A stretch of 64,000 nucleotides of DNA from a phage. The position numbers were made by a program, and so were the translations under genes. The stretch lies in NCBI GenBank assembly GCA_028909515.1, contig GCA_028909515.1_4811.1. One strand, written 5' to 3'. Positions 47,543 to 55,045 of the stretch are shown piece by piece. The notes beneath the pieces were generated by a model. The model ran no database searches, had not been told where the DNA came from, and worked only from the letters and a program-made list of their open reading frames with translations. Every line of letters starts with the position of its first letter. The stretch's first letter is position 1.

Positions 47543-48726
47543 TGAACATTCCAGAATTTAATGATGAGCCAGTTATTCAGTTTAACGCGCAACAAATCGA
47601 TGCCATCGAGAAGGCCGTTGCATGGTACAAGCGATTGCAGGACGGTAAAACGACGAAGCGCGTGTTTTTCATTGCTGGCTATGCAGGGACTGGTAAAACC
47701 TCTATTGCTCGCGAGATTGTGCGCCGATGTGTCGGTGAGTACGGCGCTATCTATATTGCGCCGACCGGAAAGGCTGCAAGCCGATTAAAGCAAAAAGGCT
47801 GTCGTGGAGCTAAGACCCTCCACCAGTTCATCTATAACGTGCGCGGCGTAAATGACGATAATGAGCCAATCTTTTCGAGAAAGTCAAAGCTGGATGAAAG
47901 GCCGCACCTTGTTGTACTCGATGAAGCGTCGATGGTTGGCGAGTGGGACACAGAGCGCCTTCTTGATCACCGCATCCCTGTCCTGGCATTAGGCGACATT
48001 GGACAAGTACCTCCGGTAAAATCCGCCGCCTACTTTACTGAAGATGCCGTTGACGTACTGTTAACAGAAATCATGCGGCAAGGGAAAGAGTCCAATATAA
48101 TCCGCGCCTCCTTCTTCGTGCGCCAAGGCAACCGCCTTCCTCCGCGTGAATACGATGACGTCAAAGTATTGGCAGAATCGCCGCGCGTTACTGCATTGAA
48201 GAAATTCATGGGCGAAGATGATCAAATTATTTGCTCCTATAATAGCACCAAAGATAAATGGAATTCATTATTACGGCAAGTGAGCGGACGTATAACGCCA
48301 ATGCCAGGAATCGGCGAGAAAGTTATTTGCACCTTCAACCAGCACGGGCCAGGATTCTGTAATGGCGAGCAAGGGATTGTTATTAGCTATGAGCCAGTGC
48401 CGGACTTTGAAAGGGACGAGGACGAGTCCAATGAAATAATGTATGTCAATTTGCGCTCGCTTACCGATGGCAAAGATATAAAGGTTAAGATTAATCCTCT
48501 TTCCTTCTCTACTGATCAGGAAGTGCGCAAAGAGGCCCAACGCGCTGTTGGAGGCATGGACTATGGCTATGTCATCACGGTGCACAAATCACAAGGCAGC
48601 GAGTGGGACAATGTGTGCGTGCTGGAAGAAATCTTACGCGGCGTTCCGTACTCCAAGATGATGTACACCGCTGTCACCCGTGCTAAGAAGAATCTGACCG
48701 TGTACCGTGATTTGAAAGCGCGTTAA
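47542..48726 (+). CDS. Dda/RecD-like SF1 DNA helicase
   Basis: 394 aa. Walker A AGYAGTGKTS, Walker B VVLDEASMV, C-terminal VITVHKSQGSEW. Confidence 0.85.
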   Translation: MNIPEFNDEPVIQFNAQQIDAIEKAVAWYKRLQDGKTTKRVFFIAGYAGTGKTSIAREIVRRCVGEYGAIYIAPTGKAASRLKQKGCRGAKTLHQFIYNVRGVNDDNEPIFSRKSKLDERPHLVVLDEASMVGEWDTERLLDHRIPVLALGDIGQVPPVKSAAYFTEDAVDVLLTEIMRQGKESNIIRASFFVRQGNRLPPREYDDVKVLAESPRVTALKKFMGEDDQIICSYNSTKDKWNSLLRQVSGRITPMPGIGEKVICTFNQHGPGFCNGEQGIVISYEPVPDFERDEDESNEIMYVNLRSLTDGKDIKVKINPLSFSTDQEVRKEAQRAVGGMDYGYVITVHKSQGSEWDNVCVLEEILRGVPYSKMMYTAVTRAKKNLTVYRDLKAR

Positions 48727-48885
48727 TGTTGACGTAAATTTACGAAAAATAAAACTGAAAATCAGTTTAATTAAAGTGGCATTGCCGCCATAGTTTTTAG
48801 TTGCTACTGGCGGCGACTGAAGGCATAATTAAGTTATCCCAAACGGGGAATATAAAATAAACTAATTTATTTAAGGACTGTGAAT

Positions 48886-49725
48886 ATGGCCGAAGCAATC
48901 AAAGTATTATCTAAAGAAGAAAAACAAGCAGCCGCAGCAGAACGTCGTCGCGTGGCTGAAGAAAAACGCCTGGCTAAAAAGAAAGAAGCCGAAGAAAAAC
49001 GCCAGAAGCGTGAGCAGGAAAAACAAGCCAAGCGTGAAGAAGCTGCGCTGAAACGCAAGCAGGCTGCTGATGAGAAGGCTCAGAAGCGTGCTGAAGAAGC
49101 AGCTAAGAAAGCTAAAGAGCGTGCAGAAAAGGCTGCTGCTAAGAAAGCAGAGCGTGAAGCCGCTAAAGCAGCAAAAGAAATCGAAAAGGCAAAGGCTAAA
49201 GAAGAAGCCAAGCGCCTGAAAGCTGAGCAGGCTGCGGCCAAGAAAGCAGAGCGTGATCAAGCCCGTGCTGCAGCGAAGGCCGAAAAAGAGAAGGCCAAAG
49301 AAGAAGCTAAAGCGAAACGCAAGGCAGAGCGTGAAGCTGCTAAGATTGCGGCGAAAGAAGCTGCAGAACAGCAGAAAGAACAGCGTAAGAAAGAAGCTGA
49401 AGAACGTCGCAAAGCCATCGCAGAACGTAAGGCTGCTAAAAAGGCAAACGGTCAGCGTCGTGCAAAAGCCACTCACTTCATCTACACTGGCAATGGCCTG
49501 AGCCAGCCGCAAGAGCATTCCACCCGTGGACGCGTTCTGGCGGCGATCAAAGAAGGCGAAGTTGGCGTGGCGCAGTCTATCGATGAGCTGGGCGAAAAAG
49601 TTAAAGATCAACTGTTTGGCGCTTCCGTTCGCTCCTACCTGAGCAAGCTGGAAGAGATGGGCCACATCGAGTTTGTCGATGTTGAATCCAACGGCGATGC
49701 CGAAGACGGTGATCAAGCGGAATAA
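48886..49725 (+). CDS. Charged Glu/Lys/Ala/Arg-rich protein with a globular C-terminal domain
   Basis: ATG at 48886 with an AAGGA site (track begins at a GTG, 48880). About 190 aa of KAAK/EEKR low-complexity sequence, then an ~80 aa non-repetitive tail. Confidence 0.55.
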   Translation: MAEAIKVLSKEEKQAAAAERRRVAEEKRLAKKKEAEEKRQKREQEKQAKREEAALKRKQAADEKAQKRAEEAAKKAKERAEKAAAKKAEREAAKAAKEIEKAKAKEEAKRLKAEQAAAKKAERDQARAAAKAEKEKAKEEAKAKRKAEREAAKIAAKEAAEQQKEQRKKEAEERRKAIAERKAAKKANGQRRAKATHFIYTGNGLSQPQEHSTRGRVLAAIKEGEVGVAQSIDELGEKVKDQLFGASVRSYLSKLEEMGHIEFVDVESNGDAEDGDQAE

Positions 49726-49751
49726 CCTGTAGGACGGTTATAGCGGTAATT

Positions 49752-49778
49752 GACCCACACTTGTTGTGGGTCTTTTTT
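49752..49778 (+). terminator. Rho-independent terminator
   Basis: GACCCACA, 5 nt loop, TGTGGGTC, then TTTTTT. Confidence 0.65.
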
Positions 49779-49804
49779 CGTCTGTACTAAATAGAAATGA
49801 CTTG

Positions 49805-49833
49805 TTGCTGTAAAATAATTTAGCTATTATACT
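49805..49833 (+). promoter_or_regulatory. Sigma70-like promoter upstream of the flavoprotein gene
   Basis: TTGCTG, 17 nt spacer, TATACT. Confidence 0.4.
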
Positions 49834-49857
49834 TCTCATATCACCCACAAAGGACAA

Positions 49858-50853
49858 ATGAACATGAAACAACCTGTAATGATTATCGGCGGCGGACTGG
49901 CAGGACTTATCACCGCGTGTCACTTCCCGAACTCTATTGTGTACGAAGCAGGGGAACGAGCGCAACAGCACAAGGCACTGCTACGCTTTCGCGGCGAAGA
50001 AGTAAGCCGTATTACCGGAATCCCTTTTAAGGCCGTGACAGTTGACAAGGCTGTGTATTTTCGCGGTAACTACTACCACGACCATTGCCCAATCAACCTT
50101 GCCAATATGTATTCCATGAAGGTCACCAATCAGTTTGGCAGTCGTTCAATCATGAAGCTTAAAACTGCAACGCGTTATATTGCGCCTGATGACTTTTATG
50201 ATCAGCTTGTCGACAAACTGGGTGACCGCATATTCTTTAATACTCCGGTTGATACTCTTTGCGGCTATAGCGAGACGCCAATCATCAACACGTCGCCGCT
50301 GCCAGTAATGATGAAGCTTGCTGGGATTGATCAAAAGCTTGATTTCTCATTTGATAAAGCAAACATTCGCGTTTACCGCTTTAAGATTAAACGTAAGTGT
50401 GATTTGTATCAGACAATTTACTTCCCTGACTACTCCGTCAGAACTTACCGCGCATCAATTACTGGTGACACGCTTATCATTGAAACAATTCCTTTGGTCA
50501 GCGTGAGTGAAGCTGCAGTTGAAGCCGCTGGCGGCATCACCCGTTATCGCGACATGAAGCTGCGCGCGGAAGTGGACGAAGTTCTGACCGCTTTTGGTCT
50601 TTCATGGAATGACATCTCTTTGGAAGAAGTTGAAAAGGTTGACCAGAAGTATGGCAAGATTGTAGACATTCCGAAAGACTTGCGACACGCCTTACTGCTC
50701 CAGCTGACTATGGATTTGAACGTATTCAGTGTTGGCCGATTCGCTACATGGCGCAACATCTTGCTTGATGACGTAGCTCATGACCTTGTTGAAGTTGAAA
50801 AACTCATCAAAGCAAATAACTATCAAAAATTTGCTTATATTGCTAATAAATAA
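49858..50853 (+). CDS. FAD/NAD(P)-binding oxidoreductase-like protein
   Basis: 331 aa. N-terminal Rossmann motif VMIIGGGLAGL. Exact family not resolved. Confidence 0.5.
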   Translation: MNMKQPVMIIGGGLAGLITACHFPNSIVYEAGERAQQHKALLRFRGEEVSRITGIPFKAVTVDKAVYFRGNYYHDHCPINLANMYSMKVTNQFGSRSIMKLKTATRYIAPDDFYDQLVDKLGDRIFFNTPVDTLCGYSETPIINTSPLPVMMKLAGIDQKLDFSFDKANIRVYRFKIKRKCDLYQTIYFPDYSVRTYRASITGDTLIIETIPLVSVSEAAVEAAGGITRYRDMKLRAEVDEVLTAFGLSWNDISLEEVEKVDQKYGKIVDIPKDLRHALLLQLTMDLNVFSVGRFATWRNILLDDVAHDLVEVEKLIKANNYQKFAYIANK

Positions 50854-50895
50854 TTTGCTTTCTTCTTCAATGTGCGTATACTTTAATCATTGAAG
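50854..50895 (+). promoter_or_regulatory. Sigma70-like promoter with an inverted repeat straddling the -10
   Basis: TTTGCT, 17 nt spacer, TATACT. CTTCAATG at 50865-50872 pairs with CATTGAAG at 50888-50895. Confidence 0.4.
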
Positions 50896-50918
50896 CAGAA
50901 CTCATAGAGGAAACGAAA

Positions 50919-51365
50919 ATGAAACGAATCACTGGAATCGCGCTTGCCGCGACTGCTATTCTCGGCACCATGTATATGGAAGCGACTGAAGCCGCCGTCC
51001 GTACTTCCGATTCAATCGCTGTTTACGATTGTGAAGCGATGGACGGTAAGACCGCAGCAACGACTGGTGCGAAGATTACCACTTACATCGGTGTGAATGA
51101 GCAAGAAGGTCTGAATATTCAGATTCAGGGATTCACGGGAAAAGGCGCCAACCGGACTCCGTGGATGCAGCGTTTCACTTTCGTTCAACCTCGTTCAACT
51201 GGCGCCTTTATCAACCTGATTGGTGAAAACCGTTCTGGTGCAGAAATCTTTACATCAATGAGTTCCAATAATGAACCAAAGAAAAGTTTTCAGTTGCTTT
51301 ATAACGCACAATTCGTTTATCATTGCACCTTCTCTGGTGATCAGCAACTAGTTAACTACCGTTAA
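50919..51365 (+). CDS. Secreted or periplasmic protein
   Basis: 148 aa. Signal-peptide-like N-terminus MKRITGIALAATAILG. Confidence 0.5.
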   Translation: MKRITGIALAATAILGTMYMEATEAAVRTSDSIAVYDCEAMDGKTAATTGAKITTYIGVNEQEGLNIQIQGFTGKGANRTPWMQRFTFVQPRSTGAFINLIGENRSGAEIFTSMSSNNEPKKSFQLLYNAQFVYHCTFSGDQQLVNYR

Positions 51366-51378
51366 TAGGATAATTAAA

Positions 51379-52182
51379 ATGAAAGTTGAATTAATTCGAT
51401 ACACCCAAGATGCACTTGACCTTTTGCTGGAAACAAAGAACACGCGCATGACTGGTAAGCCAGTCTCTGAGATGACAGAATCAGAGAAGCAAGAGCACTG
51501 GCGATACATGCTTGACACAATCAAGTCGCCTTTTGATTTTGTGGACTATATCTTTGACATCACTGATGTATCAAAGAATATGACTCATCAGATGGTGCGC
51601 ACGCGCACAGGTGCATATCAAGAACGTACAAGCCGCGCTCAGGAATCTTCTGCTTTTGATGCGATTCGTCCTGCCAAATTTACTTACCCAGAGGATGATC
51701 CAAAGGGATGGACTCGTCATGACGAGAAGGCTGCTGAACTGGCAGAGAAATGGGATGATGCGATGGCCACGATTGACGCCCTCTACCAAGAGCTTCGCGC
51801 GGCTGGCGCAGAGATTCAAGATGCACGTGCCGTGTTGCCTTCTAATATGCAAACGCATATCATGGCAAAGTTCAACTTGCGAACGCTGCAACAGATGGCG
51901 TCAAACCGCTTGTGCACGCGCACCCAAGGCGAGTATCAGGAAGTTTTCCGTGCGATGGTAGCTGAAGTCCTCAAGGTGCATCCGTGGGCTAATCCTTTAC
52001 TACAGCCGCAATGCATCGGCATGGGCAAGTGCGCATTCCCTCGCCATGGCAAGGCCCATTGCCCTTGGTATCGTGATTGGATGGATACCACTGCACAGCA
52101 AGAAGAATTACGCATCCAGTTTTGGAATGCAATGCCAATCACCAATAATCCGGTTGCCAAAGATGGAGTATCAAAAGGATGA
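51379..52182 (+). CDS. ThyX-like protein (flavin-dependent thymidylate synthase fold) with altered signature motif
   Basis: 267 aa. C-terminal ARAVLPSNMQTHIMAKFNLRTLQQMASNRLC resembles ThyX. The canonical RHR...S motif position reads VRTRTGAYQERTS. Confidence 0.55.
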   Translation: MKVELIRYTQDALDLLLETKNTRMTGKPVSEMTESEKQEHWRYMLDTIKSPFDFVDYIFDITDVSKNMTHQMVRTRTGAYQERTSRAQESSAFDAIRPAKFTYPEDDPKGWTRHDEKAAELAEKWDDAMATIDALYQELRAAGAEIQDARAVLPSNMQTHIMAKFNLRTLQQMASNRLCTRTQGEYQEVFRAMVAEVLKVHPWANPLLQPQCIGMGKCAFPRHGKAHCPWYRDWMDTTAQQEELRIQFWNAMPITNNPVAKDGVSKG

Positions 52183-53051
52183 GCATTAAAAACAGCGAAA
52201 TCTTAAACGTATTCGACCTTGACGGAACGCTGTTTGATGACCGTTGGCGCTTAGACCGCATCAAGGTGGCAGGTCCGTTGTCAGACTATGATGACTATCA
52301 CAGCGGTATTGGTTATGATCAGTTCTATCCTCACATTGCATCAGCAGTAGAGTCGGCATCTCTTCGCGGTGAGGCGGTTGAATATTGGACTGCAAGGCCA
52401 GAAAAATACAGACAAGTGACTTTTGAACGTCTGGACAATGTTTTCCCTTTTGATGAATTTACAATCAAGATGAGAGACTATGGCGACAAACGTCCATCAA
52501 CTATCATGAAATCTGCATGGCTATCGCACGCATTGCGGCACGGTGATTATCGAATCATCAATGTATTCGACGACCGACAAGACGTACTCGCGCGGATGCA
52601 AGATGAAGCATTGTATTATAATTCCGTTGCTCAAAATAAAATCGCTTTTACATTTAATCTTTGCAAGGCAGGTGAAGTGGTGCAACAATTAGCAATTGAT
52701 CCAAGCGCAACAGGGCAAGAAGAGACTAAGGCTGTGGAAGTTGAACAATCTCCGGCAACTGCCGCCGATATTCTTGATGCAATGGCAGCAACCTTCCGTG
52801 AGCGCAACGCTGTCTATGGCGATAACGCTGTGATGGTAGGTCAGGTTATGCAGGTGCTTTTCCCTAATGGCGTAACGTTGAAAACGCCGGAAGACTACCA
52901 CATGTGGCATCTGTTCGAGCTTAAGATTGTCAAGCTTACACGCTTTGCAATCAGCGGCCTGAAGCACGAAGACTCTATACACGATGATGGTGTTTACAGC
53001 GCCATGTGTGAACGTCTTGTAAACACCCATAATATTAATTTCAATAAATAG
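52179..53051 (+). CDS. HAD-family phosphatase fused to an unassigned C-terminal domain
   Basis: 290 aa. Motif I LNVFDLDGTLFDD and motif IV INVFDDRQD in the N-terminal ~150 aa. Confidence 0.55.
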   Translation: MSIKNSEILNVFDLDGTLFDDRWRLDRIKVAGPLSDYDDYHSGIGYDQFYPHIASAVESASLRGEAVEYWTARPEKYRQVTFERLDNVFPFDEFTIKMRDYGDKRPSTIMKSAWLSHALRHGDYRIINVFDDRQDVLARMQDEALYYNSVAQNKIAFTFNLCKAGEVVQQLAIDPSATGQEETKAVEVEQSPATAADILDAMAATFRERNAVYGDNAVMVGQVMQVLFPNGVTLKTPEDYHMWHLFELKIVKLTRFAISGLKHEDSIHDDGVYSAMCERLVNTHNINFNK

Positions 53052-53095
53052 TTTACTTGTGCGTTTCGATGAGTTATATTTACCTCATCGAAACG
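53052..53095 (+). promoter_or_regulatory. Sigma70-like promoter with an 11-12 bp inverted repeat straddling the -10
   Basis: TTTACT, 17 nt spacer, TATATT. CGTTTCGATGAG pairs with CTCATCGAAACG. The leader TCATCGAAACGAA recurs at 59915. Confidence 0.45.
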
Positions 53096-53116
53096 AAGTC
53101 CAAAAAGGATAAATAA

Positions 53117-53800
53117 ATGAAAAAAGTAATTGTTGTAACAGGTTCCAATTCCGGTCTTGGTAAATCTATTTTTGACACCCTTGGCGCTTACGGTCATAAC
53201 GTGCTTGGCATCGATTCAGCATACGGATATGACGTCCGCGATGCTAAACAGATGAAAGAAATTTTAAGCCCATATGATGTTGAAGGCTTGATCAACTGTG
53301 CTGGTGTCAACTCTAACAACTGGTTCGAAGATGTTAACTACGAAGAGTTCAATCGCGTTATGCACACCAACGCCTTCTCTTTCGTCAACACGACTCAGGC
53401 CGCGCTGAAAAGTCTTATCGACAACAAAGGCTTTGTGATCAACATCGTTTCCAACGCTGCGCATATTCCTATGACGTCCAGCTTGTGTTATAATGCATCC
53501 AAGGCTGCTGCGCTTATGATCAGCAAGCAGATGGCTCACGAACTTACGCCTAAGTACGGCATCACGGTATTCTCTATTAGTCCTAACAAGTTGCGCGGCA
53601 CTGGCATGTCTAAACAGATTGAAGATGCCGTTTGTGCGACTCGCGGCTGGACTCCTGAATACGCTGCTGAATACCAGAAAAAGGCATTGATGAATGGATT
53701 GGAGACTGAGCCGCAAGTAATTGCCGACTTCATTCGCCATATCTTAATTACGGGCGCATGGCGCTTTATGTCTGGCACTGATATTCCATTTGGTAAATAA
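53117..53800 (+). CDS. Short-chain dehydrogenase/reductase (SDR) family oxidoreductase
   Basis: 227 aa. Motifs VIVVTGSNSGLGKS, NCAG and catalytic YNASK. Confidence 0.75.
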   Translation: MKKVIVVTGSNSGLGKSIFDTLGAYGHNVLGIDSAYGYDVRDAKQMKEILSPYDVEGLINCAGVNSNNWFEDVNYEEFNRVMHTNAFSFVNTTQAALKSLIDNKGFVINIVSNAAHIPMTSSLCYNASKAAALMISKQMAHELTPKYGITVFSISPNKLRGTGMSKQIEDAVCATRGWTPEYAAEYQKKALMNGLETEPQVIADFIRHILITGAWRFMSGTDIPFGK

Positions 53801-53896
53801 ATCACGAACATTTTAAGTTGTCACACCCGCTCCTGAAAAGAAACAGGACGAAGACAACACAGTAATTAATCAATAATATTTAATTAAGGAAACAAA

Positions 53897-54448
53897 ATGC
53901 CACATTTTAAAATTGAACAAATCGCCCTGTCAATTCCAGATGCTCAGCGCGCACAGGATTTCTTGGCTAAAATCGGCCTGACGGAATGGTTCCATGATCA
54001 TGTTGTTGCTACTGGTCGCGTATTTGAAGCTGATGACTTTAAAGGTCGTCGCGACGATTGCACCAATGAAGCTGACTTGCGCTTCAACTATCAGGCTGGC
54101 AACGGTACTGATGGCGGCGCTGGTAAGCCTCTTGAGCTTGAAATACTTGACTACACAATGGGCTGCAACTGGATTAACGAAAACATCGAATATATCGATG
54201 CGCATGACAATCAGGTCAGCCACCTTGGCATGCATGTGACTGCCGCTGAACTTGCTGAATGGCGTAAGTTCTTTAGCGAAGAAGGCATTCAGGTTGCACA
54301 GGAAGTTGTAACTGACTCTCATACCAACCCGAACATTGCTGGTCAACGTCGTTACAACTATGTGATCTTTGATACGCGTGAAATCATCGGTGTTGATTTG
54401 AAGTTTATCGTGCGCTTGAATCAAGACGGTACTCCGTACACTGTATAA
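53897..54448 (+). CDS. Hypothetical protein, possibly glyoxalase/VOC-like
   Basis: 183 aa. N-terminal KIEQIALSIPDAQRAQDFLAKIGL pattern. Weak assignment. Confidence 0.35.
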   Translation: MPHFKIEQIALSIPDAQRAQDFLAKIGLTEWFHDHVVATGRVFEADDFKGRRDDCTNEADLRFNYQAGNGTDGGAGKPLELEILDYTMGCNWINENIEYIDAHDNQVSHLGMHVTAAELAEWRKFFSEEGIQVAQEVVTDSHTNPNIAGQRRYNYVIFDTREIIGVDLKFIVRLNQDGTPYTV

Positions 54449-54464
54449 CGAATCGTGAATCTGT

Positions 54465-54489
54465 GGCCGTCCTAATGGGCGGCCTTTTT
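54465..54489 (+). terminator. Rho-independent terminator
   Basis: GGCCGTCC, 4 nt loop, GGGCGGCC (one G-U pair), then TTTTT. Confidence 0.6.
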
Positions 54490-54502
54490 GTAGGAGGCTA
54501 AT

Positions 54503-55045
54503 GTGTTATTTCTCCCTTATGACTTCGAAACAACCGGATTGACCGTGCACCCGAAAGCGCCGCTTGGGATGCAGCCGCGCCCTATTGAATTTGCAGGTCT
54601 GTTGACAGACGGCAAAGAGATTCTTGAAACGTTTGAATTCATAATTAATCCTGAAATCGTGATTGAAGAAATTATCACAAAGATTACCGGATTAACAAAT
54701 GAAGACCTTGAGTGCAATCCACCATTCATCAATTTCGTCCCGCAGCTAAAAGAAATCTTCAAGAAGACTGATGCAACTATCGCGCACAACCATGCGTTCG
54801 ATAAAAACATTCTTGATTATGCACTACAGCGCGAAGGACTTACGCTTGATGATGTTAATTTTCCAGAAATAAACATATGTACAGTTGAGCAAACCTTGCC
54901 TATTTTTGGCCGAAGAGTTAAGCTTCAAGAGCTGTATGAATTATATTTCGGAAAATATGAACAGAAGCACCGTGCATTAGACGACGTAATATTACTGCAC
55001 AAAGTCTGCCAACAAATTGGCGTATATGACATCTGGAGTAAATAA
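54503..55045 (+). CDS. DnaQ-like 3'-5' proofreading exonuclease
   Basis: 180 aa. GTG start with AGGAGG site. Exo motifs LPYDFETTGL, AHNHAFDKNIL and HRALDDV. Stop overlaps the polymerase start. Confidence 0.8.
   Translation: MLFLPYDFETTGLTVHPKAPLGMQPRPIEFAGLLTDGKEILETFEFIINPEIVIEEIITKITGLTNEDLECNPPFINFVPQLKEIFKKTDATIAHNHAFDKNILDYALQREGLTLDDVNFPEINICTVEQTLPIFGRRVKLQELYELYFGKYEQKHRALDDVILLHKVCQQIGVYDIWSK

Noticed and set aside
48907-49716. 269 aa minus-strand ORF antisense to the charged-repeat gene
   Set aside because: It is the reverse-complement shadow of the low-complexity GAA/AAG/GCN repeat. The plus-strand frame has the start, the ribosome-binding site and a downstream terminator.
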